A stretch of 64,000 bases of DNA from Phoronis australis. Lineage: Eukaryota; Animalia; Phoronida. Below, piece by piece: positions 26,383-38,600 of the stretch (its first letter is position 1; every line of letters starts with the position of its first letter). The notes below the pieces were generated by a model that was not told where the DNA came from, searched no databases, and worked only from the letters and a program-made list of their open reading frames with translations. The position numbers and the translations under genes were made by a program. The stretch covers positions 62,001-126,000 of the forward strand of contig NMRA01000712.1 of NCBI GenBank assembly GCA_002633005.1, in the 5' to 3' direction.

Positions 26383-26994
26383 CATGTACAAATATGAATT
26401 TTGGAAACCAGATTGGTATATATTTCACCATTGTGATTCATAAGACAGGTGTGGCACAAAGCAATTGAGGCCCCCATACTCATAACTGTTCTGTAAATAT
26501 TTATTTACAGCAGTGTGAACTGGAAGAACTACATAGGCCTACTTCTTTATGAGCCTGGGAAGTCGTCTTCAAAGTTCAATCACATGTAAAGTTTTAGTCT
26601 CTTGACCAATTTTCTCTTAAGTGGCACCAAGGCCCAAGAAAAAATGTTTCGTTACATTCAGCAAATGTTTCCAGAAATATCACAGAATGTACATGGAATT
26701 GCACAATATGGTATAAAGGGCTCAAAATGCCAAAATGGGAATGTACACTGTTGCTTAATACTATATGATAGGCCAACTTGATCGCCGTACAACTTAAGTA
26801 ACGTGATAAACAGATAAACAAACTGCTCTTCAACTTCTCCGCTGCTACAGGAAAATTCACTCGTAAGTATTACTACATAAGATCATGCATAAGTTTCACA
26901 AACGCTAACCAAAATCTTGACAATATAACCTTCAATATAACGCTTGTTCACAATAAAATCAACACGACAAACGAAATCTACAACAACAACATAC

Positions 26995-27085
26995 CTGTCC
27001 GACATTTAAACTACGTGCCAATCAAAGATTTCAATCGAGTGCGTTGATTGGTTGAAACTTTATCTCGCCAATTATGATTGGGCAG
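26995..27085 (-). promoter_or_regulatory. NEK2 promoter with CCAAT boxes and CHR-like element
   Basis: 5'-UTR donor CAG|GTATGT at 26995/26994; TTTAAA at 27005-27010; CCAAT/ATTGG at 27018, 27047, 27068 and 27077. Confidence 0.65.
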
Positions 27086-27811
27086 ATTTCATAACCTACA
27101 CTGACATCTTGTGGACATCTTTGAACACTGCTCTGGATGGTCAAATGAGCTCGGGCCTCGCCTTGGCTGCCGCAAAAAAGTGGGAAATGTTGAGTTTACT
27201 AAGTTTACCAATTAACCCTGGTAATTGAAGTTATACGACTGATATTTAACAATGTGTGCAGTTCAGTGTTGGGGGGGGGGATCCAATTTCAAGTGTCAAA
27301 TTCGGAACATGGCGCAATCGTAACGGAACTATGGCTAAATACAGGCTCTCTGCTCTCTCGCGATATCCCAGGCGACCGGCAGTGATGCACTACGACTCCG
27401 TTTCCGTCGTCTGCTCCACTGTGCAATGAAGAAAATTACTTAATTTTTTAAAGAAAATAGAACCTGAGTGACGATGAAAAAACAGAAGCTGCTGGTAAGA
27501 TGTGAATTTTAATCGAAGCCTTAGTGAATCACTCAAAAACTCATAATTCTCTCTTTGTCAAACCTTAACTTAAGACGATTTCCAAAGCAATCCCGTCATT
27601 ATTGCCTACTTGGTCTGCAACACGAAAAACGGATTTGGTCTTTTGGGCAATTGAAGACTATTTTAAACTGTACAACAAATTTGTTACGAACCGATTGCAC
27701 AAAATACAAAACGTGTAATAAGCATTACAAAAAGAAGTAGAAGTAGGTTTCGTGCGCAAACGCTATGGACCATAAAAAGAAGGTCTCTTAGCATGAAATT
27801 AGGAGTTAAAT

Positions 27812-27875
27812 CGTGGTGGTGTAGTGGCAAAGCACGCGCGCTCTATCCGCCTGGTCGTGAGTTCGAGTCTCTGGT
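27812..27875 (+). mobile_element. tRNA-derived SINE head / tRNA pseudogene
   Basis: A-box TGGTGTAGTGG and B-box GTTCGAGTC at tRNA-like spacing, but acceptor and anticodon stems do not pair well. Confidence 0.55.
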
Positions 27876-27998
27876 ATTTGCAGTTTTCCCTGTGTGACAC
27901 GTTCTCCATGTTTTTTTGCCTTTTTTCTTGGATAATACTTCAGAAATCAAGGAAAATGCTTGATTTTTAGAGGAAAAAACAGAAAATTTTCCTGGACG

Positions 27999-28757
27999 CA
28001 GTGGCGGATCTAGGATATCACAAGGGGGGGGCCCAACATTTTGTCCGGCTGGAAGCATTTGCGCAAACTGAACCACGATTGTAGATGCGCANNNNNNNNN
28101 NNNNNNNNNNNNNNNNNNNNNNNNNNNNNNNNNNNNNNNNNNNNNNNNNNNNNNNNNNNNNNNNNNNNNNNNNNNNNNNNNNNNNNNNNNNNNNNNNNNN
28201 NNNNNNNNNNNNNNNNNNNNNNNNNNNNNNNNNNNNNNNNNNNNNNNNNNNNNNNNNNNNNNNNNNNNNNNNNNNNNNNNNNNNNNNNNNNNNNNNNNNN
28301 NNNNNNNNNNNNNNNNNNNNNNNNNNNNNNNNNNNNNNNNNNNNNNNNNNNNNNNNNNNNNNNNNNNNNNNNNNNNNNNNNNNNNNNNNNNNNNNNNNNN
28401 NNNNNNNNNNNNNNNNNNNNNNNNNNNNNNNNNNNNNNNNNNNNNNNNNNNNNNNNNNNNNNNNNNNNNACACATTTAAATCTTTTTTCATCCGTATAAT
28501 TTTAATTACCGGGGTTAATTAATAAACTCACCATTTCCCTACGCTCTTACTGTTTTATTTTTTTGCGGCAGCCAAGGGGGGGGGGGGCCCGGGCCCCCTG
28601 GGCCCCCCCCTAAATCCGCCTATGTGGACGGGAGGGGGCAAACCCCCTCCAGACCTCCCCCCATTTGATGCTATGCGCATCTATAATCGTGGTTTGCGCA
28701 AATGATCACAGACAAAATGTTGGCCCCCCTCCTTGTGATATCCTAGATCAGCCACTG
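27999..28757. mobile_element. Family-B-related TIR element(s) spanning the assembly gap
   Basis: 27999-28091 is an inverted copy of ~28674-28757 (CAGTGGCGGATCTAGGATATCACAAGG...); flanks do not form a TSD. Confidence 0.55.
28092..28469. other. Assembly gap (N run)
   Basis: Continuous Ns. Confidence 1.
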
Positions 28758-29040
28758 AAGTAAAAGAGTTCTTTAAACGTCGGCAGTGAAGTACAACAAC
28801 ATTCAAGCGTTAGAACAATATATTAAGCGACAGAAATAACAAAAAATATATAAACAACTAGACTATATACAATATTTACAACAATGATTATGCACTAGGC
28901 AAGAGGGAGGGTCGTCTACGGTCAAACGTTAACGGAAAGAAATGGAGAGGTCTACTTCGAAACGATATCAACATGATCAAGGAGAGGAAAAACAATACCC
29001 GAAACAATACTCCGCGGTTGGTCACCTAGCAATGGATAAT

Positions 29041-30377
29041 AAAACAAGAGCAACGCGGAGCGTTGAAATGCGCCCACAAATGCATCGCAAATGGAATGCT
29101 TTTAGAGTTGTTTATTTGTATCATCAAAATGGTCACTAGATGGCGCAAAATACGTCGAATCCGTCTGAAAACCAGAAAATGTCATCGTTTCGTTAAAAGA
29201 AAGACATTTACCAAATTTCATTAAAATTAATCGAGGAACTTCAGAGAAACAGAGGAAAATGAAAAAAAAAATGAAATTCCCACTAGGGGGCACAGTGTTC
29301 GTGGGATCCGTCTAAAAGTTATTGTCTTCTCTTGTTAACATCATATAAATACACGAGCTAAATTAAATAAAGATCCTGCAGAGGGCTTAGAAGATACAAG
29401 TATGGGCGCAAAAAAACAAAACCACCACTAGGAGGCGCCACAGTAGTCGAAGACGTCGGAAATTACTCGTCAACCATCCCCTTCATAGAAAGAACATACA
29501 TGCCAACTTTCAAAATCATCCTTAGAATGGTTTGGATGACAGAGGGAGGGACGCCAAAAAACAGACTCGAAAACAACAAAAATGGCCACTAGGTCGCGCA
29601 AAATACCTTGAGTCAATCCAAAGATGAATGGCTAGTGTCACCTCACTAATAGATGTCTATGTGCTAAATTTTATGGAAATCCGTTGAGGACCTTTAAAGA
29701 TACGGAGGTAAACGTAAGTAACTATAATTACCACTAGGGAGCACACCGGTTGTCCGATCTGTCCGAAAGTCGCCGTCGTCTGTTGTCAACTTCGTATAAA
29801 TACATTTGTTAAATTTAATAAAGATCCTGTAGAGCGTTTAGGAGATACAGCCATGGGCGCAAAAACAAATAAAACTGCCACTAGGAGGCGCCACAGTAGT
29901 CGAAGTCGTCAGAAAATCATCGTCAGCTGTCTTCTTCATAGTAAGAACATATGTGCCAATTTTCACAGTCATCCTTCCAGTGGTTTGGTTGTTAGAGGGG
30001 CAAACGCCAAAAAAAACGACTCGAAAATAGTAAAAATGGCCACTAGATGGCGCAAAGTACCTCAAATCCATCAGAATATTATTATAGCGTCAACTTCTTA
30101 ATAGATGCCTATGTGCCAAATTTCACGAAAATCGGTTGAGGGCCTTTGAAAATTCAGAGGTAAACGTAAAAAACTAAAATTGCTACTAGGGGGCACAGCG
30201 GTATTCGGGTCGGTCCGAAACTCGTCGCCCTCTGTCGCCAACCCCATAGGAACACATCCGCCAAATTTCAATAAGATCCTGCAAGGGGTTTAGGAGATAC
30301 AGCCGCGGACGCCAGACGCCCGTTCGCCCAGTTAGAGATGACGGCAATATGCGACCACATATGTGGACGCATAAAAA
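29041..30377. mobile_element. Helentron/HINE-like non-autonomous element with internal tandem array
   Basis: Begins AAAACAAGAGCAACGCGGAGCGTTG (short hairpin) and ends with GGAC-like simple repeats, the palindrome TATGCGACCACATATGTGGACGCATA and an A-run. Internal ~150-bp subunits form a ~453-bp higher-order repeat. Confidence 0.62.
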
Positions 30378-33300
30378 TTATTACCCCAACGCCGCGCTAC
30401 TAGTAGGCTAGACAGTCATCACCGTCTCTAACTCATAGTTCGACTAGAGACAGGCGGTGGTCACTGTCTATAACTAAAGAAATCTCACAGGCTAATTCCT
30501 CTTGCAATGTATCGATTTTAAAAATTAGAAGACCGCTAATATTTATTTTCCAATTTTTAAAACAGCCATGAGATTCGTAGTACCTTACTTGTTGTTTTTT
30601 AGTCTGAAACTGGTACTAGAAGAGAAGGCGCCAGTTCAACGGCGCCGCATCATTTGTCTTCCAATACACATTTCACCCCGAGCCATGAATGTGACAACTA
30701 GCTCACTCCGGGTTCAACGATGCAATTAAAGAGCGGAATGATTGACTTCGTTGATTCTTGGTTGGACCTACTTTCAATTTAGTGTCTATATGTCATCCCA
30801 GCTGAGAGCGGGTAGGGCGGTCATGTTTCGATCCCCGGCTGTCAAGTTCAGTCCCCAGCTGTCCTGTTTTCTGGCGATGGAGGCGGTCACGTTTTTAGGT
30901 ATAGTGGTCCCATTTTCTGGTCCAAAAAGTCCCATATCCCCCAGGTTCTGTTTTGTGGTCAGTCTCAGCGCGATTTGGAGGACCAGTGGTCCTGTTTTGG
31001 GTCCGACGGGCATCAGTGTTGTTTCTCACGTCGGGGTAACTTCAGTGATCTCGGTGACGGTGCCATCACGTTTTTGATGTGCCGAGGAATTCGCTGGATA
31101 CTCTGAGGTGAACAGTGCACGCTTTTTTGTGCACTTGCGTGCAAACCTCTTCTTAGCGTAAGAGTTGCCTATAAAGGGTTTTGTAGTCCCAAAATGCAGC
31201 CAAATATCGTCCAAGTTGTTTCCTACTATCATTTGTGCTACGAAATAGCCCAGCTGGCTACCGGAGCACCTAATGTTGTCGGCCAAATATAATATCACAA
31301 TTAATGCGCGAGCTGTTTGAATCAATCAGACACTCGTACGAAGCTTCGTGTATCGTAATTTATCAGAAGCCGGCACCGGTTAATAAGCAGCTTAGTATGG
31401 AAAATCAAAGCGAAAATATATCCAGGGCACATATTTTCTATACAGTGACTGGTTTAAAAACAAACAAAAACACTATTTTCACTCAGCAGGATCAAAAATA
31501 AATACTTTAAAACCAGAATTTTCACTTATGCAAGAGTTAAAAACTGTCCAAAACATTATTTTCACTTTGCAAGACCAAAAAATTTAAGACCAAAATTTAT
31601 CACGAAAAATTTAAGACGCCAGGCGTGAAAAAATTTCGATCCTGACGTGATTAATTATAGGTTATGGCGGAATGAATTCTGGTTTTAATTTTTAGTCTTG
31701 CAGAGATTTTAATTTTTGAAAAGTAAATATGGAATTTTTCCGCTGTGACTTTCCATAAAATGTTCGCGACATAATACCTTCAGTCTCAATAAACGTCCTT
31801 CCGAGCACCCACACTTGAAAAATCGTGTATTTTCATATGTCACTCCAGTGACGCTAGCAGATGTGCTGCACGCGCTCAGGGCATGCTGAATACATGATAA
31901 CATCGGGGCACGAATATACAACGTTCCAATAAATATTTAGTATTGCAAATATGGACTTCATACTTAGACAGAGACAACTGACAAGCGACTTCTCCCCTTA
32001 TGATATTTCTAAGAATTTCAGAGAGCGCTACATATAGTGGAACTTCTTACATTACTTTCCAACCATATGCCTCCAGCGAGTACTTTTCAGTGAAGTTCAT
32101 TTTTGTTCTTGAAGATGTGAATTTCATAATGATACCATAGCGGTCCATAGTCATGCTCTAAACGCAAAACGTGTTCACGGTCCAACGAAAAAGGTACGAT
32201 TTCTGTTGAAACTATAGCTTCATCTGTTCAGTGGCCCCGAAGTTTGTTCCAAACAGCAAACGGCTCAACTTGACGGGCCTGTTGGGGTACAACTGAACTT
32301 GGCGATGACCAATTAAGGTAGTGGCGATATGGAGAAGTCTGAAATTGTGTAATCATAGGCCTACATGGGGGAAAAGTCTAGCAAAGTCGACTCCGTTTGT
32401 GTTTACCATCCTACGGACTTGCAGGTAAACTAGCAAAGCTGAGTTGCTAATTTGGGTTGCGGCGCCTTTTAAATATTCAATTAACATGTGACAAACGTGA
32501 CACGCAGCGATTTTTGATACGTCATTCATGTCGGTACTGCGCAGCCGCCAACAGGCCAGGTGCACAGCCCATCGACCATGGGTGGCGCAGCACTGAAATA
32601 AGGAGCTATACCCCCCCTTATGGTGCTCCGCCCGTGTCTAGTTCTTTCTGCATGGGTTTAAGTGACACTTATTCATAGTACAAAACGTCAGCTGAGCTGG
32701 TATAAATCTAGTTGCCGTGCGGGTATTATGAACGCGTTGCAAATGAAATTTGATTAGTTTGTACAGTTATACTTTAGTTATGTTTGAAACTTAATAAGTC
32801 TCGGAGGTCATAGTTGGGACAACATCAATGCATTTTTATCCTGTGTAAAAGCCATATTTCCCGCGATAGCAGCTGTAGCCAGTCAGGATATTTAGATGGT
32901 GTCAAAGAGGTCACGTGTCCGCTCAAAATTTTAACAGCTTTTATGGTTACAACACAGTGAGCTAGCAAGTCGAAAAGTAATGGCCAAGGGATGTCTTTCG
33001 TCATTTCAACTTAACTGGTAGGCTTAGGAACAACTTAGGCCCACTGTACTGTACACACACGTTAGTGATCGAGGACCAATAATTGTAATTGCGGACCCAC
33101 CTCTTATCAGGCGTGAGTATTTAGTGCACAGAATCTTCAAAAGCGTGTCCCAATATCCTAATGTTCCAAAGGCTCAACCCCGTGCTAGAGTAGGCGACGG
33201 TCGTAAACATTTGCTGAACTGGTCGCTGTACGAGCGCAGATTATATGGTCGCTCAGTGATGGCAACTAAGTAGCAATTTGTGATACAAGTTGTGTTTGTG

Positions 33301-33577
33301 ATATTCAATGCGACCCGTAACGATAATAGACGTCGACATTTAAACTGAATAAATAAGTATGCGCGATATGTCACATTATGACTCGTTAATACCATATTCG
33401 ATTAAGCCGGATTAGTGACATTTTTATGCTATATATTTGAACATTACTGAGGCACTTAGACCAAACGGCGCAACATATAGTTTTACGTAGTGACGAGATG
33501 TAACCAGTATTGTTGTACGATGATGGTAGAAACCATGTCAAAATACCAGACGATAGAGACTTCTTGAAGTATTTCTA

Positions 33578-34549
33578 ATGGCAAGAGACAAAAACGCCAG
33601 CGAGGAGGCAAGGTTGCTAAAAATTGTGAATGACCTCGAAGTTAAAAAAGGCTTTTCAAAGATGTTCATTGACAACGCAATTTACGAGCAAAAGCTTGAA
33701 GTCTACAGATTACAACGACAGGTTCAGCAGATGATGTTACAAAGCGACAATGATGGTCAGAGGCCAAAATCAAAAGTGAAAACGGAAATAATAACTCTGT
33801 CGACTGGAGGAGGTGTTATATCGAATAGCAACGACGCTGATCATCGTGACACTAGTCAGATAAGGAAGGGTTGTTTAGGACCCGCAAAAGAAATATCGAG
33901 CGCACTGGCAATCAGCGAGAAGGACTTACAGTCTCGTTCGAGTGATAGGAAAACTGATTATTTCGGATATATGAGTACATCTCAATGCCCTTCTCTAATT
34001 ATAAGTTTTCCGAATATTTGGCCCGGGGATCCCCGGGCTATTGCGTCTGTTCGTCGACCTAAGAAAAGCATTCGAGAAGACTTGAAAAAAGAAGAATCCC
34101 TTAACAGCATTCGCAAAGCAAAACGCGATATCCATGAACACACCAAAATGCACTGCAGCAGAAACTGCACAAAACCTGGTGCGATTTTTGAAACTATGGC
34201 TTCGGCCCACATTGTATCCCTGCCCATGCTGAAGAAGGATATTCAAATACTGGCGAGAAACGAGATGAAAAGGCAAAGGCATCTGGCCAGGCTACCAACT
34301 ATTACAGATAACACTCCGCTCGTGTGTCACAATCCGCGAAACATTCAATGCTTGCGTCCGGTTAAGTTTGACAAATTAGCCATCCGTAATCTACCCTGGT
34401 TAAACGTAAGACAGCCGAAGTCGCCAGCATTCAACCCTGGCCTGTACAGAAACCAGTCTCAACCCAGGCTCTCCATAACCAAAATGGACCATGACACCCG
34501 GGTTATTAATAGAGTGGCCAACATTAATTGCGAAAATATTGTTTGCTGA
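33578..34549 (+). CDS. Uncharacterised 323-aa intronless protein, N-terminal coiled coil
   Basis: Longest ORF in the window, ATG in reasonable context (CTAATGG), heptad-like EEARLLKIVNDLE...LEVYRLQRQVQQM; no recognisable family. Confidence 0.65.
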   Translation: MARDKNASEEARLLKIVNDLEVKKGFSKMFIDNAIYEQKLEVYRLQRQVQQMMLQSDNDGQRPKSKVKTEIITLSTGGGVISNSNDADHRDTSQIRKGCLGPAKEISSALAISEKDLQSRSSDRKTDYFGYMSTSQCPSLIISFPNIWPGDPRAIASVRRPKKSIREDLKKEESLNSIRKAKRDIHEHTKMHCSRNCTKPGAIFETMASAHIVSLPMLKKDIQILARNEMKRQRHLARLPTITDNTPLVCHNPRNIQCLRPVKFDKLAIRNLPWLNVRQPKSPAFNPGLYRNQSQPRLSITKMDHDTRVINRVANINCENIVC

Positions 34550-35667
34550 TGCTTATAAATCAACGAAGCACGCGTTGCGCAATCGCTTATGCTTGTCTCC
34601 ACTTCAGACGAATTCAGATAGTGCACAATTCAATTTGCACTTTGCAGTGTTTAGTTTGCAAGAACATTATTAGTTGTTTTGAGATCCTGCTGATTGTCAC
34701 TGTTTGTTTGTTTTTTTTTGTGATGAGCATTGCAACCTTTCAGTGAGACATTTTTGTGATGAGTTGGATTGAATTGTCTCAGAAGGCTAAGAATTACTCG
34801 ATTGTACAAAAAATCTCTCGATTACCGCTACACCGCCATTTCCAGTGGGCGTGCTAATTGTACATTTGACTGAGACATCAAATTGGAAGACGGCGCACTG
34901 AGTAAAACACTAGTTCTGTAATGATTTGTCAAATACATCACTTATGAACTTTCTTTACATGGCCACTTGCGTCATCACAATTCTTGAAAATCTAATGAAA
35001 ATTACGTTAGTGTGACAATGTCTAAAGTTCACTTAGAATATAGCTTTTAATATATTCAGGAATGAGTTAATGCGTCAACTGTACAAACAGCATTGACATA
35101 TGTTTACAATGCATTTATTTATAGATAACATTTACAGACAAATTAGAAGTATGAGTGTAATAAAAACGAATTGAAAGCTAGGGCACACATCAAACATCCA
35201 ATCAAAGTTTTGTGCACTATTTTCTTAGAATTAAAGTTATGTAATATATTCTGGACAGTTCTTTTTATTTAGCAATATATCTAAAAAACTATAGATGTTT
35301 AAGTTAGCTCAGTTAATGTATAAGTATGTTCCTGGGATCTTCCAAAGTTAGTAAATTTGGAATCTTTCTAGGGTCTTACAAAGTTTAATGATTTACATGG
35401 CTTTTCTATCAGCCAGAACATTTAAAAGTGTTTTGTTTAAAATATACAAATTGATAAAAACGATAAAAACTGATACTTTTACAATTTGCAATGCGCAAGT
35501 GCAATTCAAACTGCTATAATCCATGAAAACAACACTGACTGCCACATACACTATGCGAATTAATGTCTTCAAAGTGGCTCATATGGTACGTCATTATCGG
35601 CCAAGCATTCTTTGAGCACAATCTTTTTGTCGCACATTGCTCGATCAGACCGAGTGTCGCGATTGTT

Positions 35668-38600
35668 TCAGCAACTTCCCATATTACACGTGGCGAAGTC
35701 TATGTCGTCTCCATTGCACTTTTGCCCACCATTCGCCGGAGCCGGGTTGTTACAGTAACGCTGCCTCAGCTTTAGACCAGTTCCACATGACTTAGAACAT
35801 TTTGTCCATGGATTCCAGTCGGACCACCCACCATTGACTGCAGAGAAAAACATTCAGGTGCATAGATGTGCGTTTGGATGATTCGATTGTAGTGACTTAA
35901 GATACTAGTGTAATCTATTGTTTTAATTGCCAATCATACATTTTTAGAAGATGATTTAAGTAATTGTTTGACTTCATTTGGCAGTTTATGCGTTGTCGTG
36001 GTCTGTTTGCAGTGGCGGATTTAGAGGGGGGCCAAGTGGGCCATGGCCCCCCCCCTAAAATTCTCCCAGATTACATTTGGCAGTTCAGGGGTGCGAATGT
36101 CTGACGGGAAAAATCCTGGCTAATACTCTGTCCTGCCCCCCCAACTCAAAATCCTAGATCCGCCCCTGGTTTGTTGGCAAGCTACCTGAATGACTCGTAT
36201 GATCGACAAAGAACATGTAACTCGTAAATAGCGCGAGGCCTGCTGCAAAAACATTCTTGTTACATGGAGCCTGGTGTTTTTCGAAGAGTCTGCTGACTTT
36301 TGTGTTTTGATTTTCCGTAGTCGACAAAGATCAGTCTATGGGTGAATTATTTCACGAAAATCAGACTAAGGATGAAAGTCAGAAAATCTGTCTTTGAACT
36401 CGACGTACTGGAAGACAGAAATCCGTAATTTTTCTCGAATAGGCAGAAGAAACAAAGTTTCAAGGAACGCAAACGGCAAAAATCAGGGTTTAGCTATTCG
36501 TGTTCAGATTACTGACTTTTGGATTAAGTCAAAAAACAAACGCCAATAATCCCACAGTTCACTTTCCGCCAGAAGCGTGCGACACAAACAGCGCTCCTTG
36601 TTTAGAGCTAGTTGTGAAAGCCCGTGCGTAAGTTGGACAAACCGGACGCTTTTGTACCGCCATTTCCTGTCAAAATTCAGAGCCAACGTGCAAGGGGTGA
36701 ATTTCTTTAGATTTATAAGCGATCCACACATGCGAAAATTGTGCAAAAGACGCACTGTAAAATACAATACGATTACTGCATTTTCACATACAAATGTTGA
36801 TGACGCAAATGTCAAATTTTTTGCAGATGTTGCTGGTATTACAAGTGATCTACTATTTCGGTCTCTTGTTTAAAGTGTTCACTTTATCAACGTCTTTTTT
36901 GCAGCAACTGTTTGTGATGTTAATATTCTAACTAATAAGCTCTGAGAATAAACAAGGGTATTAAATCAACAAACTCACGTTGTTTTTACCACTACTTTTA
37001 TGTTCACGAAAACAACAACGGTTTTAAAACTTGACATGTTTCGGTGTCATTTATTAAACACCATCCTCAGAAGTCAGAATACAGTGGCCACCTAGCTAGG
37101 CCCAGCAACAAGTAATGAAGCACAGATACAGTCAGTTACAGGGAGTGACAATGAACTAGACCAACAATGACAACCTGTGGTGTGTCAGTTGCCTATTGAG
37201 ATTGGGTTTGCACCAACTGATATGTAACTGACTGTATCTGTGCTTCATTACTTGTTGCTGGGCCTAGCTAGGTGGCCACTGTATTATGACTTCTGAGGAT
37301 GGTGTTTAATAAATGTCACCGAAACATGTCAAGTTTTAAAACCGTTGTTGTTTTCGTGAACATATGCTGTTACTTGCTATCATGGAGTACTTTTATGTCC
37401 ACCAACAATAACGTGGAAGGAAGTGTTATTTTGTTTTATGTTCGGGTGTAGGCAACAAAGGAGGCAGTCCCCATTGGTGGTGGAGGGGCAAAGGGCGGGG
37501 TGGTTGGGTGGGGAAGCGGGGGAAGGTCGTTGTTGACTATAACGGGAAAATCAGTAGCGCCAGTGAGGGTCAGGGGAAAGTCACTAATGAATAAATTCTC
37601 AACCCCCGTTGTAAAACCTAACTTAGAGCGGGTTAATATTGTTGTCCACACTCCTGATAAAGGTCTATACTCAGTATATGTTTCACTTCGATGCGCAAAA
37701 TGAAGTAAGGGCACGCTTTTCGTCCGTACGGTGAATTTATTTGACTTTGTGGGAAAGCGTGGGGAAAAGTACCGTAACTAAATTATAAAATATTCGTCAA
37801 GATCTCAGCTTAGGCTTTAAAAATTCTATTCACCTGTGCCGCTACTGTTGATTTTGTAGGAAATCTTGAACCCTTTGAAGTCGTATGTGTCGTCGGAATG
37901 AAACTGAACTACCAAACTCGTGCCATTATACACTACAGCTTCCTTTGGGCCTTTGCCGCAGATTCTGCAACGGCAAAAGATTGACATTAATAATTTCACT
38001 TAGAGAAAACCATTATTTATCATACGTTATTATAGTACCCTTTGACAACGATTTGAATGACTTCATCTGATCCCCACATTTCAGAACACAAGTCACTGCA
38101 CGTAAATTGCTTACTAATGTAATACTTATGCTGTTGTGCGTTCGAAAGGTTGACAATTTTCTCATAAAAATCTGGAAAGTAAAAAACACTGAGAATTAAT
38201 GGTTGACAAATTAATCGTAAACCCCGGAAAGTAAAGAATATTTACCACAGAAAATTTCGACCTCGCCTCTGAGACCAGTCTTTGTACGTGTCGTTGGGAG
38301 CGCTAAAATAGTATTGTGTCTCTGTGTCAAGCTCATTCGTTTTATTCGTCATTTCAATTACGTATTATATATACGATGTAATGTACACGATAACGTTACA
38401 CGGAAATGGGCGAACTCTGTACAATCCTATTTTGGCGCTCCCAATGCCACCTGACGGGAGAACGTCACACTTACGAAGATCTCAGAGACACAACTGGAGG
38501 TCAAAAGTAACATGGGAGCCGCACAATAGGGGGCGGGGGAGGGGCTATAGCCCCATTTTCTCAGTGCTTCGCTGCCCATGCATAAGAGATCATTGCTTTA

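Larger units (their letters stand above)
36999..37387. mobile_element. Penelope-like inverted pLTR fragment
   Basis: Near-perfect ~142-bp inverted arms (36999-37140, 37223-37364) with an ~80-bp spacer and a short 3' tail; TACTTTTATGT repeated at 36993 and 37388 (probable TSD). Confidence 0.75.

Noticed and set aside
27843-28522. Long ORFs in the ORF track
   Set aside because: Artefacts of the N gap.
30786-31325. Two in-frame minus-strand ORFs separated by a single TGA (possible selenocysteine or readthrough)
   Set aside because: Non-ATG start, no recognisable domain or redox motif, no SECIS seen; the region is rich in GGTCC/GTCCC repeats typical of TE subtermini.
35569-35670. Open frame of ~32 codons after the astacin TGA
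   Set aside because: No readthrough context (not TGA-CTA) and no domain; expected by chance.
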